Assembly: GCA_964645795.1 (NCBI GenBank)
Contig: CAZYCL010000002.1
Coordinates: 16,352 to 80,351 of the forward strand
DNA length: 64,000 nt
Source: an uncultured Planctomycetales bacterium
Lineage (GTDB): Bacteria > Omnitrophota > Gorgyraeia > Gygaellales > Profunditerraquicolaceae
Direction of reading: 5' to 3'
In this document: one piece after another, positions 49,458 through 60,553 of the stretch
Layout of the letters: the number at the start of each line of letters is the position of its first letter
How positions within the stretch are numbered: the first letter of the stretch is position 1
Position numbers and translations under genes: made by a program
The notes under the pieces: model-generated
Seen by the model: the letters and a program-made list of their open reading frames with translations, nothing else
What the model was told of the DNA's origin: nothing
Databases searched by the model: none

Positions 49458-50126
49458 TTACATCTTAAGAATATATCCTACGCCGCGGATGGAGCTTATC
49501 AGGTTGGTCTTAAATCCGGAGTTTATTTTCTTACGCAGGTTGTTGATATGGACATCGATGACGTTGGAGAAGCTGTCGAAATCCTCATTCCAGACATGCT
49601 CCGATATCATCGTACGGGTGATGACCTCGGTGGGATTGAGCATAAAATACTCCAATAACGCGTATTCTTTGGCCGTAAGCGGGATCGGTTTTCCGCATCG
49701 TCTTAGCTGACGCGTAAGCTGATCCAGCTCCAAATCCTCGAATTTAAGCAAGCTGGTCTTCTGCTTCCTGTTCCTGCGTAAAAGCGCCCTGACCCGGGCC
49801 AGGAACTCCGAAAAAGCAAAAGGCTTGGCAAGGTAATCGTCCGCCCCGCAATCGAGTCCGACAACCGTATCCCTGACGCCGTCTTTGGCGGTAAGGATCA
49901 GCACCGGGGTATCGATCTCTTGTTTCCTGAGTTTTCGGCAGACGGACAGGCCGTCTTCGCCCGGCAACATTATATCCAGTATGATAAGGTCGTAGGGGTT
50001 GGTCTCTGCCAAAAACAGGGCGTTTTCGCCGTCATAGGCCAGGTCAACCACGTAACGCGCCTCTTTCAGGCCCCTGCGGATGAAGCTGGCGATCTTTTTT
50101 TCGTCTTCCACTACCAGGATTCTCAT
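49458..50126 (-). CDS. OmpR-family response regulator
   Basis: Receiver domain (ILVVEDE, LIILDIMLP) followed by a winged-helix DNA-binding domain. Confidence 0.85.
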   Translation of the reverse strand: MRILVVEDEKKIASFIRRGLKEARYVVDLAYDGENALFLAETNPYDLIILDIMLPGEDGLSVCRKLRKQEIDTPVLILTAKDGVRDTVVGLDCGADDYLAKPFAFSEFLARVRALLRRNRKQKTSLLKFEDLELDQLTRQLRRCGKPIPLTAKEYALLEYFMLNPTEVITRTMISEHVWNEDFDSFSNVIDVHINNLRKKINSGFKTNLISSIRGVGYILKM

Positions 50127-50131
50127 GGCAA

Positions 50132-51025
50132 TTACCTGTGCTTGAAATACACGACGCAGTCGCAGCCGGAGTACTCTTTTATCAAACGGCGCTCGAGATT
50201 CTCAGCCAGAAGCCTGGCCTGCCTTACGGTGAGCTCCCCGCTGACCAGCAAACAGACGTCCAAAAACAGTTTGCGACCGGCTTTTCTTACCCGGACGCGT
50301 TCGATCTCCAGGACATCAGAGCCTTGCTGACAGGCAAGCTCTCTTATCTTCTCCTGGATACCCGCTGATGGAACGGCATCAAGCAGTTCGCGGATGTGCG
50401 CGGGGATACTAAGAAGCGGTATGCGCACCAGCAATAAAGCCAGCAGTATCGCCATCACCGGATCGACATAAGGGGTAATCCGGGTAAACCCGAGCCTACC
50501 CAGGACCGCGCCTGCCAAAAAACCCAAAAACATACCCAGGGAAAATGCGGCATCGATGAACCAGTGGGAAGAAGAAGTCTTAAGCACCGATGAGCACACA
50601 TACCGCGAGACTTTTCTAATGTAGAGGCCCAGGGCCAAAGCGATAAGACAGGTAGAGAGCGCGGCCAGGACCGGGATATCGTAACGGACGATATCTTCCG
50701 GATGGATGATATCCTGAAGGGCGAACTTAACGCCCAGGAGGCAGGTTATTATGATCGCGGCGTTCTGCAGGAGGACCGTCAACGGCTCATACTTATCGTA
50801 TCCGAAATTGAACGAATCATCAGGCGGTTTGCCGATCTTTTGGATTATGCGGCGGACAAATACTGACACCAGCACGATCACCAGCCCCGTGGATGCATCC
50901 AGCAACAGGGTCACGGAATCGCAGATTATCCCGGCGGCCAGCGAAATAAGAAAAACCACCGCCGCCCCCGCCACAGACACGCCTGCCGCAAAATCCTCTC
51001 TGCTACGCTTAACGTTGTTGTCCAT
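50132..51025 (-). CDS. Cation diffusion facilitator (CDF) family transporter
   Basis: 297 aa with six TM helices, conserved Asp/His in TM2/TM5 (DSVTLLLDAS ...), and a C-terminal cytoplasmic domain. Confidence 0.8.
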   Translation of the reverse strand: MDNNVKRSREDFAAGVSVAGAAVVFLISLAAGIICDSVTLLLDASTGLVIVLVSVFVRRIIQKIGKPPDDSFNFGYDKYEPLTVLLQNAAIIITCLLGVKFALQDIIHPEDIVRYDIPVLAALSTCLIALALGLYIRKVSRYVCSSVLKTSSSHWFIDAAFSLGMFLGFLAGAVLGRLGFTRITPYVDPVMAILLALLLVRIPLLSIPAHIRELLDAVPSAGIQEKIRELACQQGSDVLEIERVRVRKAGRKLFLDVCLLVSGELTVRQARLLAENLERRLIKEYSGCDCVVYFKHR

Positions 51026-51041
51026 GTGCGCGATCTTCGAG

Positions 51042-52103
51042 TTAAAACAGTTCTTTTTGTTTCTCGCTTTTTATATTGAAGTGATCCAGGGCAAGACGTG
51101 TGGCTGTGCGCCCACGCGAAGTCCTTTTAAGATATCCGGCCTTAAGCAGATAGGGCTCAACGGTATCGGTTATGGAATCGACTTCTTCGTTGAGGCTGGC
51201 GGCGAGGGCTTCGACGCCTACGGGGCCGCCGTTATAGGTATCTATGACGAGCCTGAGTACCTTACGGTCCATCTCGTCAAGCCCGGCCTTATCTATCCCT
51301 AAACTTTCAAGGGTGGCGCAGGCAGAGGCGATATCGATCTTCTCCAGCTTCTTTACCTGTATGTAATCGCGCACCCGGCGCAAAAGGCGGTTGGCTATCC
51401 GGGGGGTACCTCGCGAACGCCTGCCTATCTCCTCGGCTGCCGCCTCGTCTATGCGCACACCCAGGCTTTTAGCAGATGAGCCTATGATCTCGGCCAGATC
51501 TGCGACCTTGTAAAAATCGAGATTGTAAAATAAACCAAAGCGGCTGCGCAAGGGTGCTGCCAGGAGGCCGCTGCGGGTGGTAGCGCCAACCAGGGTAAAA
51601 GGCTTGAGGTTGAATTTTATCGTCTTGGCGTAAGGGCCCTTATCGATGACGAAATCGATCTGGAAGCTTTCCATCGCCGGATACAGAAACTCCTCGACAA
51701 CCTTGGAAAGCCTGTGGATCTCATCGATAAAAAGCACGTCTCCCTTCTCAAGGTTGGTAAGTATGCCTATAAGATCTCCGGCGCGCTCGATGGCCGGACC
51801 GCTGGTCGAAGTGATCTTGGAGCCCATTTCGTGGGCGATGATATGGGCCAGCGTAGTTTTGCCCAGGCCCGGGGGGCCGCTTAACAACACATGCTCCAGC
51901 GGCTCCTTTCTTTGGGCGGCGGCCTGGATGGCGATCTTTAAGTTATCCGCCATGTCCTTGTGGCCTACAAAATCAGAGAGCCTGCGTGGCCGCAAGGAAA
52001 GATTCAAAACCAGGTCTTCCTCTGACTCCTGGGGCCTAACCAGCTGTGTCGGCTGCGCAGGAGCCTGGCCCTTGAGCAGCGTCTGCCTGTCTTCCCGGCT
52101 CAT
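51042..52103 (-). CDS. ruvB: Holliday junction branch-migration helicase RuvB
   Basis: AAA+ motifs: Walker A LLSGPPGLGKTT and Walker B VLFIDEIHRL. The N-terminal extension overlaps scpA by 68 nt, so the true start may be internal. Confidence 0.9.
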   Translation of the reverse strand: MSREDRQTLLKGQAPAQPTQLVRPQESEEDLVLNLSLRPRRLSDFVGHKDMADNLKIAIQAAAQRKEPLEHVLLSGPPGLGKTTLAHIIAHEMGSKITSTSGPAIERAGDLIGILTNLEKGDVLFIDEIHRLSKVVEEFLYPAMESFQIDFVIDKGPYAKTIKFNLKPFTLVGATTRSGLLAAPLRSRFGLFYNLDFYKVADLAEIIGSSAKSLGVRIDEAAAEEIGRRSRGTPRIANRLLRRVRDYIQVKKLEKIDIASACATLESLGIDKAGLDEMDRKVLRLVIDTYNGGPVGVEALAASLNEEVDSITDTVEPYLLKAGYLKRTSRGRTATRLALDHFNIKSEKQKELF

Positions 52104-52860
52104 CTTTACTCTCCAAGCTTTTCTCCTCTAACGGAGTGATATTCTCGGTGTTGCGCACGATCTCTATCTCCTCAAACGGTGCTTTCTGGACGGCGATTAT
52201 CTCCTTCATCTTGATAAGCTCCAGCACCGAAAGGAACGTCACGATTATCTCGATCTTGTTCTTTGACTTGTCGAACAGCTGCGACAACCTTAACCTCGGC
52301 TGCACTAACAATAGATGCAGGAGCGAGTGCACCTTCTCCTCGACAGTAAACTCATCCTTGATGACCTCATAAAAGATCTCTTTGGGTATGTCTTTGAGCG
52401 CCTGAGAAAAAGCGCTTATCAGATCAAAGATGCTTGCCTCAAAGTACGCTGGCCTCTCCTGGGGCAGGTCCTTTAATTCTACCTCGCTCTTCGGCCGCTT
52501 AAAAACCTCCCGCTGCGCTTCTTCTCTTTTACGCAGCTCTTCGGCGGCCTGCTTGTATTTCTCGTACTCCAGAAGCCGGCGGACCAGCTCTGCGCGAGGG
52601 TCCTCTTCCTCCTCGGCCTGGGCAGACTCTTCCACGGGTAAGAGCATCTTGCTCTTTATCTGCATGAGTGTGGCCGCCATAACCAGGAATTCGCCGGCCA
52701 CCGACAGGTCCAAAAGCTGCATTAGGTTGAGATACGCCAGATACTGTTCGGTAACTTTAGCGATAGGGATATCGTAAATATTGAGATGGTCCTTCTTGAC
52801 CAGATATAAAAGAAGATCAAGGGGGCCTTCGAACATCTCCAGCTTTATTTTGTAGGACAT
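52036..52860 (-). CDS. scpA: Segregation and condensation protein A (kleisin)
   Basis: Begins YKIKLEMFEGPLDLLLYLVKK and has a C-terminal winged-helix region. Confidence 0.8.
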   Translation of the reverse strand: MSYKIKLEMFEGPLDLLLYLVKKDHLNIYDIPIAKVTEQYLAYLNLMQLLDLSVAGEFLVMAATLMQIKSKMLLPVEESAQAEEEEDPRAELVRRLLEYEKYKQAAEELRKREEAQREVFKRPKSEVELKDLPQERPAYFEASIFDLISAFSQALKDIPKEIFYEVIKDEFTVEEKVHSLLHLLLVQPRLRLSQLFDKSKNKIEIIVTFLSVLELIKMKEIIAVQKAPFEEIEIVRNTENITPLEEKSLESKDEPGRQADAAQGPGSCAADTAG

Positions 52861-53002
52861 ATTAAAAAGTTTATTGATTACGGTGATTTCAAAATGATCC
52901 CGGTGATCAAGCCGTTGCGTGTTAAGTATATTAATCTAGCATTGTATCTGCATAACCTCTTTTTAAATCACTGTAATCGCTTTTAAAACCACTACGATCA
53001 TT

Positions 53003-54025
53003 CTAAATATTAAGTATTTTTCTCACCTCTGCCATCGTCTTCTGCGCCGAGGCCCTCGCCTTTTTATTGCCCTCTTCCAGGATGTCGCGCAGGCGGCCTT
53101 TCTCTTTTAGTATCTGGCGGCGCCTTTCCTGTATCGGCTCAAGGTGTTTTATGATTATCTCGGCCAGCTCTTTCTTGCAATCCGTGCAACCGATGCCGGC
53201 CCGCAGGCAAAGCTCGCTTATCTGGAGAGCGCGTTGCGGGGCGAATAACTCGTAATAACCGTGGAGATTACAAGCCTGGGGATGGCCGGGATCGCCGACC
53301 TTTACCCTTGCCGGATCCGTAAACATGCTCGATACTTTCTTGCGGATATCCTGAGGTTCATCGGAAAGGGCGATGAAGTTATTGTAGCTCTTGCTCATCT
53401 TCCTGCCGTCAAGACCGGCCAGGCGAGGCTGCTTGGTAAGCAGGGCTTGCGGTTCAGGGAAGATATCGCTCCTGTAGAGATGATTGAACTTCCTGCAGAT
53501 CTGGCGGGCCAGCTCCAGATGCGGCAACTGATCTTCGCCTACCGGCACGGCCTCGGCCCTGTACAAGAGTATATCCGCCGCCTGCAGGACAGGATAACCC
53601 AGAAACCCGTAAGTACTAAGATCCCGGTTAGCCACTTCCCTGAGCTGCTCCTTGTAAGTAGGGCACCTCTCCAGAAGCCCCAAAGGCGTAATCATGGAAA
53701 ATACCAGGTAGAGCTGGAGGTGCTCGGGGATGACGGACTGGATGAAGATGACCGACTTCTCCGGATCTATGCCGCAGGCAAGCCAGTCCGCGACATTATC
53801 GATAATATTGTCTTTGAGCCCTGAGGGGTCGGCGTATTCGGACATCAACGCATGCCAATCCGCGACCATAAAATAACAGTGGTATTCTTCCTGAAGAACC
53901 TTCCAGTTATTCAGCGCGCCCAAAAGATGCCCCAGATGGAGCCTGCCCGTCGGACGCATGCCGCTTAAGATTACCTTTTTCATATGATCGCAATAATAAT
54001 TCGGGGTCACCGGGTCACCGGACAA
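53003..54025 (-). CDS. trpS: Tryptophanyl-tRNA synthetase
   Basis: HIGH-type motif (TGRLHLGHLLG) and KMSKS. Confidence 0.9.
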   Translation of the reverse strand: MSGDPVTPNYYCDHMKKVILSGMRPTGRLHLGHLLGALNNWKVLQEEYHCYFMVADWHALMSEYADPSGLKDNIIDNVADWLACGIDPEKSVIFIQSVIPEHLQLYLVFSMITPLGLLERCPTYKEQLREVANRDLSTYGFLGYPVLQAADILLYRAEAVPVGEDQLPHLELARQICRKFNHLYRSDIFPEPQALLTKQPRLAGLDGRKMSKSYNNFIALSDEPQDIRKKVSSMFTDPARVKVGDPGHPQACNLHGYYELFAPQRALQISELCLRAGIGCTDCKKELAEIIIKHLEPIQERRRQILKEKGRLRDILEEGNKKARASAQKTMAEVRKILNI

Positions 54026-54068
54026 ACGGCTGACTTGGCGACTTTGTGCCTTAGTGGCCTTATTAAAA

Positions 54069-56300
54069 CTATTCTAGTTTGCGCAGTATCTTCTGTGTCT
54101 CGAAGGCCTCGATTACGTCGCCTTCTGCGATCTGATCGTATCCGGCGATGCTCATGCCGCATTCAAAACCTTCCGCCACATCCCTTACATCATCTTTGAA
54201 GCGCTTGAGGGATGAAAGCTTGCCTTCGTGAATGACCTCTCCGTTACGCACCAGGCTTACCTGCGACTGGCGGTTGAATTTACCCTTGGTAACATAACAG
54301 CCGGCGATGATGCCGCGGGTCAGCTTAAAGACCTTGCGGATCTCCGCCCGCCCCAAGAAAACTTTCTTGAGCTTCGGCTCAAGCATGCCTTCGATCGCCG
54401 CCCTCAATTCGTTGGCCAGCTCATAGATAATATTGTAGATCTTTACGTCTATGCCTTCCTTATCGATCATCTCTTTGGCCCGCTCATCCGCCGAGATATT
54501 AAAACCCATGATCAGGGCGTCGGATGCTACCGCCAGCACGACGTCGGAAGTATTTATGTTACCTACCCCGCTATGTATCAGCTGGATCTTGATCTCCGTC
54601 GCGGGTATCTTGGATATCACGTCCTTTATCGCCTCCAGCGACCCCTGTACGTCGGCCTTAAGGATTATCTTAAGCTCCCTTATTTTTCCTTCTTTTATCT
54701 GGATATGCAAATCCTCAAGGCTTACGCGCTTGATAGGCATCGTGGAGAGCTCTCTCTGGGCCTGCTGCCTCCTGGCTGCGATATCTTTTGCAAGCTTCTC
54801 ATCCTCTATAACGTAGAACTGTTCTCCTGCCTCGGGCACTTCGGTAATACCGAGGACCTCCGCTGCTACCGATGGTCCGGCGCTGGCGGTATTCCTGCCG
54901 CGGTCATCGAACATGGCCCTGATCTTTCCGTAGAAGTTACCCACCACTATATTATCATTCAGGCGAAGAGTGCCGTTCTGGACAAGAAGAGTGGCTACCG
55001 GGCCCCTGCCTCTCTCCATTTTTGCCTCAATCACTATCCCTTTGGCGCTACGGTCGGGGTTTGCCTTAAGCTCGAGCATCTCAGCCTCAAGCAGGATCAT
55101 CTCCAGAAGATTATCTATGCCTTCTGCGGTCTTGGCTGAGACCGGCACGACAATGGTCTTGCCTCCCCAATCCTCGGCAAGCAGGTCTTTGGACTGGAGC
55201 TGCTTCTTGACCCGGTCCGTATCCGCCTGAGGCTTATCAATCTTGTTCAGGGCTACGATTATAGGCACGCCGGCGGCCCTGGCATGGTCGATGGCCTCTT
55301 CTGTCTGAGGCATAATGCCGTCATCGGCGGCAACCACCAGGACCACTAGGTCCGTGACCTGCGCACCGCGGCCGCGCATGGCGGTAAATGCCTCGTGTCC
55401 CGGGGTATCCAGGAAAGTTATCTCGCCTTTCTGCACCCTGACTCTATAGGCGCCGATATGCTGGGTGATACCGCCATGCTCTGACTCGGCGACCTTGGTC
55501 TTGCGGATAGCATCAAGAAGCGAAGTCTTGCCATGATCGACATGGCCCATGAAAGTTACTATGGGAGAGCGCGCTTTCAGTTTTGAAGGGTCGTCTTGCT
55601 GCTCGTGAAGCTGGAAAGCCTGTTCGTCCTGGGTAAGCGCTTTTTTGATGACGCATTTATATTTGGCGCATATCTTCTGCAGCACATCTTCCTGCAGGGT
55701 ATGGTTGATGCTGACCATCACTCCCATGCCCATCAGGTCCTTTAAGATCGCCGACGGCTTTTCCTGAAGCTTCACTGCCAGATCCTTGACCGTGATCGGC
55801 AGCTCCAGCTCAACTTCACGCCTGCCCGCAGGAATGCCGGGCTCAATTGGGGCCACAGCCTGGGGTTCTGGCGTTGCAGGCTTGACAGGCGCGACGGACT
55901 TTACGACATGCTTATGAACAGGCGGCTTGTGTACTTCCGGCCTGGCCGGTGCCTGAGGCGCGGGTATCTCGATCTTGGGACGCTCTTCTATTTTAGGCTT
56001 TGGAGTATGGACTGCCGGCCGGACAACCGGCGCAGCCACAGCCTCCTTGGGGGCCTCTTTAACTACGGCAGCCTGCGGATGATGCTTGGGCGCCACGTGC
56101 CTGGCCGCAGAAGGCTCAACCTTAGCCTTGATGGCAACCTTGGGTTTTAGGCCGGCAGTTTTCTTTTCGGCCGGCGGCTTAGGCGCGATCTTCTTTGCGG
56201 CCGGGGCTTTTACGGCCGCAGCCTTCTTTATCCTGGGTTTCGCATCGACCGGTTTCTTGGCCTTATCGACGGCTGCTTTTATTTTTTTATCCTTGATCAT
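54069..56300 (-). CDS. infB: Translation initiation factor IF-2
   Basis: Low-complexity A/K/P-rich N-terminus followed by G-domain motifs ([18 protein letters not shown]) and C-terminal IF-2 domains. Confidence 0.95.
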   Translation of the reverse strand: MIKDKKIKAAVDKAKKPVDAKPRIKKAAAVKAPAAKKIAPKPPAEKKTAGLKPKVAIKAKVEPSAARHVAPKHHPQAAVVKEAPKEAVAAPVVRPAVHTPKPKIEERPKIEIPAPQAPARPEVHKPPVHKHVVKSVAPVKPATPEPQAVAPIEPGIPAGRREVELELPITVKDLAVKLQEKPSAILKDLMGMGVMVSINHTLQEDVLQKICAKYKCVIKKALTQDEQAFQLHEQQDDPSKLKARSPIVTFMGHVDHGKTSLLDAIRKTKVAESEHGGITQHIGAYRVRVQKGEITFLDTPGHEAFTAMRGRGAQVTDLVVLVVAADDGIMPQTEEAIDHARAAGVPIIVALNKIDKPQADTDRVKKQLQSKDLLAEDWGGKTIVVPVSAKTAEGIDNLLEMILLEAEMLELKANPDRSAKGIVIEAKMERGRGPVATLLVQNGTLRLNDNIVVGNFYGKIRAMFDDRGRNTASAGPSVAAEVLGITEVPEAGEQFYVIEDEKLAKDIAARRQQAQRELSTMPIKRVSLEDLHIQIKEGKIRELKIILKADVQGSLEAIKDVISKIPATEIKIQLIHSGVGNINTSDVVLAVASDALIMGFNISADERAKEMIDKEGIDVKIYNIIYELANELRAAIEGMLEPKLKKVFLGRAEIRKVFKLTRGIIAGCYVTKGKFNRQSQVSLVRNGEVIHEGKLSSLKRFKDDVRDVAEGFECGMSIAGYDQIAEGDVIEAFETQKILRKLE

Positions 56301-56323
56301 AACTCTCTTCTTTCCGGGATTAT

Positions 56324-57586
56324 TTATTTAGCTTTTTTGGCTTGTTCAATAATCTTCTCTGCCTTCTTCTGCCCTATCCCTTTTATCTCCAGGAGCCCCT
56401 CGACCCCTGATTTCAGTATATCCTCTATGGATGCTATCCCCGCCTCTTTTAGGCTCTCCATGGTCTTCTGGCCTATGCCATCAAGCTCCGCAAGAGACAA
56501 ACGCGCTTCTTTCTTTTTCCTTCCTTTGGGTTTTGCCGCGGCTTCTAAGGGCAGCTCCTGTGCAGGCGCCGGCTCCTGAGCGGATGCGTCCTGGGCAAGG
56601 GTAACCGCCTCTTGCGCCGGACCTTTGCCCGCGCTGTCTTTGGTGCGGATATCCAACTCCCAGCCTACAAGCCGGGAGGCCAGGCGCACGTTCTGGCCGT
56701 GTTTGCCGATAGCCAGCGACAGTTGATCGTCGGCAACGATCACTTCGGCCTTCTGCGTCTCTTTGTTCAGTTTTATCTCGCAGACTTGAGCCGGAGAAAG
56801 CGCGGCCTTAATATACTCCCTCATATCCTCGTTGAAGCGCACGATATCGATCTTCTCCCCGTGCAGCTCCGTGACAATGTTCCTGACCCGGTTGCCGCGC
56901 ATACCGACGCATGCCCCCACGGAATCCACCTTGTCGTTCTTGGATAAGACTGCGATCTTCGTGCGCTCGCCCGGCTGGCGGGAGATGGATTTTATCTCCA
57001 CTATCCCCTCATATATCTCCGGGACTTCAAGCTCGAAAAGCTTCTTAACGAAGCTGGCGTGGGTGCGCGATAGTATTATCTGGGCCCCCTTGGACTCCCG
57101 TCGCACATCCACGATATAGGCGCGGATGCGCTGCCCCTGCCTGAACTCCTCCTTCGGTGACTGTTCGCGCTTAGGCAGTAGCCCCTCGGCCTTTCCCAGG
57201 AGGTCTACTACGATATTGCCTTTTTCAAAACGGTAGACCGTGCCGCTGACGATCTCGCCTACCTTTCCCTGGAACTCATTGAAGACCACGTCCTTTTCCG
57301 CTTCCCGGATCTTCTGGATGATCACCTGGCGGGCGGTGGAAGCGGCGATCCTGCCAAAGTCCACTGCCGTTACTTCTTCCTCGTTGCGGAAAACCCTGAT
57401 CTTGGCCGTGACCCTGTCCAGGCTGACTTTAAGCTCTTCCTCGGGCTTGACGTCTATTACCTTCCTGGCCGCGCTTAACAAAGCACTCTCTATGGCCTCG
57501 ATCAATACGTCCTTCTTTATGCCCTTCTCGCGCTCTATCTGTTCGACTATCGCCAATAATTCCTGACTCATCTTGGGTCTCTCCAA
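56324..57586 (-). CDS. nusA: Transcription termination/antitermination protein NusA
   Basis: S1, two KH domains and a C-terminal HhH acidic repeat region. Confidence 0.95.
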   Translation of the reverse strand: MERPKMSQELLAIVEQIEREKGIKKDVLIEAIESALLSAARKVIDVKPEEELKVSLDRVTAKIRVFRNEEEVTAVDFGRIAASTARQVIIQKIREAEKDVVFNEFQGKVGEIVSGTVYRFEKGNIVVDLLGKAEGLLPKREQSPKEEFRQGQRIRAYIVDVRRESKGAQIILSRTHASFVKKLFELEVPEIYEGIVEIKSISRQPGERTKIAVLSKNDKVDSVGACVGMRGNRVRNIVTELHGEKIDIVRFNEDMREYIKAALSPAQVCEIKLNKETQKAEVIVADDQLSLAIGKHGQNVRLASRLVGWELDIRTKDSAGKGPAQEAVTLAQDASAQEPAPAQELPLEAAAKPKGRKKKEARLSLAELDGIGQKTMESLKEAGIASIEDILKSGVEGLLEIKGIGQKKAEKIIEQAKKAK

Positions 57587-57588
57587 TC

Positions 57589-58047
57589 CTAAAATAACTG
57601 TTTTGCCTTATTGACCTTTGACAGGGGTATCCGAATCGGACCGCCCTCGCCTACCAGAATGAGCGCTTCCTCATCGGCTGAACCGATCGAGCCTTCCCAC
57701 TCCAGCTTATCCTCCACCTTATCATTCAAAAAAACCCGCACCCGCCTGCCCAGACAACGCAAAAAATCGCTTTTATCCCTCAATGGGCGATCGAGCCCGG
57801 GAGAAAATACCTCTACGATATAAGAACGTTTTATAAGCTCCTGCTCTTCGATGGCCCCGGATATAAAACGGTTAAGCTCCAGGCATTCCCGCAGGGTTAT
57901 CCCGCCCGCGGGCCTGTCCGCAAGTATCCTGACCGCATACCGTTCACCTTCAAATCTAACGGAGAAATCCACCAGTTGGAGATTTCTGGCTTGGAGCATG
58001 CCTTGGACCAAATCCCGTATTTGCTGGCAAACAAGGGCATCCGTCAT
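57589..58047 (-). CDS. rimP: Ribosome maturation factor RimP
   Basis: 152 aa; conserved position directly upstream of nusA, with a RimP-like N-terminus. Confidence 0.8.
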   Translation of the reverse strand: MTDALVCQQIRDLVQGMLQARNLQLVDFSVRFEGERYAVRILADRPAGGITLRECLELNRFISGAIEEQELIKRSYIVEVFSPGLDRPLRDKSDFLRCLGRRVRVFLNDKVEDKLEWEGSIGSADEEALILVGEGGPIRIPLSKVNKAKQLF

Positions 58048-59286
58048 CTAAAACCCCTTTATCTGAGAGACGATCTCTTGACTGGATGCCACTATCTTCT
58101 GCTGTGTCCGGCGCGTCTTTAACTCTATCTTGCCCTCTTTTAGCGAGCCCTTTCCCACGATCACCTGCAAAGGTATCCCCAAAAGATCCGCGTCCTTGAA
58201 CTTCACTCCCGGCCTTTCGTCCCGGTCATCGCATAATACCTCGACGCCCTGATCCCCCAGCTGCCGATAAACGGAAAGCGCCGCTTCCATAATCGCAGTA
58301 TCCTGCACATCAAGGGGCAGGACGATAACTTTGTAGGGACTTACCTGGGCCGGGAATATGATCCCGTCCTTATCGTGGTTTTGCTCGATTATCGCCGAAA
58401 CCAGCCTTGAGACGCCGATGCCGTAACATCCCATGATCACCGGCTGCTGCCGGCTATGCGCGTCGAGGAAGTTTACGTCTAAGGCACTGGTATACTTAGT
58501 CCCCAGCTTGAATATATGCCCGACCTCAACGCAGTGCGTCTCTTCGAGCACAACCTTACAAACCGGGCATGACTGCTCCTGATTTACTGCGGGCCTGGAG
58601 TAGCCGCATTTCGGACAGGAAAGAACAATGTCTTCCCCGCTTTCCGTAGCCACCATAAACTCATGCGAAACATCTCCGCCCATGACCCCGCTGTCCGCCT
58701 CGCTGACAAGCGCCTTTATGCCGCAACGGCCAAATATCCGGTTATAGGCGGCCTGCATCGCCTTATAGCTTTTATCCAAACCCTCCTGGTCCTTATCGAA
58801 GCTGTAGGCGTCCTTCATGATGAACTCGCAGCTGCGCACCAGACCGAAACGCGGCCGCATCTCGTCGCGGAACTTGGTCTGGATCTGGTATAATATAATG
58901 GGCAGCTGACGATAAGAAGAGATGTGGTTTTTTACCAGCTCGGTTATCACCTCTTCGTGGGTCGGGCCAAGGCAGAGGCTCCTGCCGCGCCTGTCCTTGA
59001 AAGCGAACATTATATCGCTGATCACCTTATCGCGCCCAGACTTCTGCCAAAGCTCCTGCGGCTGCAGGGCGGGTAGCAATACCTCTGCCGCGCCCGCTGC
59101 ATCCATTTCCTGACGCACAATCCTCTCGATATTATCAAGCACCCTTAAGCCCAGGGGCAGATAAGAGTATACCCCGGCCATGAGCATGCGCACCAGGCCC
59201 GCGCGCAGCATAAGCTTATGACTGACAGACTCCGCCTCCTGCGGCGTCTCTCTTAAGGTCGGAATAAAGCTCTTGGTCCAGAACAT
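58048..59286 (-). CDS. proS: Prolyl-tRNA synthetase (short form without an inserted editing domain)
   Basis: Class II motifs plus a bacterial-like N-terminus (FIPTLRETPQEAESVSHKLMLRAG). The start is set at MFWTKS. Confidence 0.85.
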   Translation of the reverse strand: MFWTKSFIPTLRETPQEAESVSHKLMLRAGLVRMLMAGVYSYLPLGLRVLDNIERIVRQEMDAAGAAEVLLPALQPQELWQKSGRDKVISDIMFAFKDRRGRSLCLGPTHEEVITELVKNHISSYRQLPIILYQIQTKFRDEMRPRFGLVRSCEFIMKDAYSFDKDQEGLDKSYKAMQAAYNRIFGRCGIKALVSEADSGVMGGDVSHEFMVATESGEDIVLSCPKCGYSRPAVNQEQSCPVCKVVLEETHCVEVGHIFKLGTKYTSALDVNFLDAHSRQQPVIMGCYGIGVSRLVSAIIEQNHDKDGIIFPAQVSPYKVIVLPLDVQDTAIMEAALSVYRQLGDQGVEVLCDDRDERPGVKFKDADLLGIPLQVIVGKGSLKEGKIELKTRRTQQKIVASSQEIVSQIKGF

Positions 59287-59293
59287 CTTTCTT

Positions 59294-60553
59294 TTACTCT
59301 CTCCTGAACTGGTCGTGCGAAATATCAAGCCCCACTTTTCTAAACAGCGGATAGAAAACAGGCTCAATGCCCGTGGACTTCCACCTGCCGCTGATGGACC
59401 CTTCGGCGCTCACTTTCTCTATATCGTAGATGAATATGTCTTCCAGCGATGCCTGGCCGTCTTTTATGCCGTTGACCTGGGTAATATGCGTGATCTTCCT
59501 TGAGCCGTCGATAAGCTGCTCCTGCTGGACGATAAGATTGAGGCTGGAGGCGATCTGACGGTGTATTGCTTCAAGGCTCAAATGTATGCCGGAGGTCAGG
59601 ATCATCGTCTCCAGGCGATAGAGGACCTCCTGAGGGGAATTAGCGTGAATTACGGAAAGCGCTCCGCGGTGTCCGGAGCACATCGCCTGAAGCATATCCA
59701 GCGCTTCCCCGCTTCTCATCTCGCCCAAAATCAGCCTCTGCGGACGCATGCGCAGCGAGTTCTTGAAAAGGTCCCTGATGGAGATCTCGCCTTTGCCCTC
59801 GATGTTGGGCTGCTTGGTCTCAAGCCTCACCACATGTTCCTGGGCCAGGTGCAGCTCCGCGGTATCCTCAATGGTTATAATACGCTCATCGTGACCTATA
59901 TAGGAGCTCAATACTCCGACGGTAGTAGTCTTGCCGCTGCCCGTCGCACCGGCAAACATGATATTGACCTTGGCCTTGATGCAGGCGACCAAAAAATCCG
60001 CCATCCTCTGGTCCATGGTCCCCAACGCCACAAGATCTTCCACCTTCTTTATTTCCTTTAAGAACTTTCTGATGGTAACGGTCGGGCCGTCCAGGGCCAG
60101 CGGCGGGATGATGATATTTACGCGCGAGCCGTCCTTTAAAGAAACATCGGTATAAGGATAAGATTCGTCGACCCTCCTGCGGGTGACGCCCAGGATCTTC
60201 TGGACCATATACATAAGCTGCTGCTCGTTATCGAAGGCCGCCTTGACAAGCTGCTTTTTGCCGTGGCGCTCGACATACACCTTCTTGGGCCCGTTGATCA
60301 TGATCTCGGTGACGGTGGGGTCCTTCATGAACTCCTCGATCGGGCCCAGCCCCGAGAATTCGTCGAGCATCTCGCCGATTATCCTCTGCTTGTCTTCTTC
60401 GGTTAAGCTCCCCCTTGGCCGCGAGACTATAGAGTCCAGCACCTGCCTTATGGCGCACCGCAGCTTGTCCTGGTCGCGCATGTTGTCAAAGGCGGAAAAA
60501 TCAAAACGTGCAAAAAGCGCTTCTCTTATCCTGTCCTTGAGTGTCCCTGCCAT
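59294..60553 (-). CDS. CpaF/TadA-family secretion ATPase (VirB11-like), genomically orphan
   Basis: Walker A FAGATGSGKTT; the flanking motifs and the C-terminal domain are typical of Flp-pilus CpaF. Confidence 0.8.
   Translation of the reverse strand: MAGTLKDRIREALFARFDFSAFDNMRDQDKLRCAIRQVLDSIVSRPRGSLTEEDKQRIIGEMLDEFSGLGPIEEFMKDPTVTEIMINGPKKVYVERHGKKQLVKAAFDNEQQLMYMVQKILGVTRRRVDESYPYTDVSLKDGSRVNIIIPPLALDGPTVTIRKFLKEIKKVEDLVALGTMDQRMADFLVACIKAKVNIMFAGATGSGKTTTVGVLSSYIGHDERIITIEDTAELHLAQEHVVRLETKQPNIEGKGEISIRDLFKNSLRMRPQRLILGEMRSGEALDMLQAMCSGHRGALSVIHANSPQEVLYRLETMILTSGIHLSLEAIHRQIASSLNLIVQQEQLIDGSRKITHITQVNGIKDGQASLEDIFIYDIEKVSAEGSISGRWKSTGIEPVFYPLFRKVGLDISHDQFRRE

Noticed and set aside
54228-55139. 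303-aa plus-strand ORF inside infB
   Set aside because: Antisense to the IF-2 G-domain; a shadow ORF.
55800-56300. Repetitive A/K/P-rich coding region at the infB 5' end, which could be mistaken for a tandem repeat
   Set aside because: It is the usual low-complexity N-terminal domain of IF-2 and is in frame with the G-domain; it is not a repeat element.
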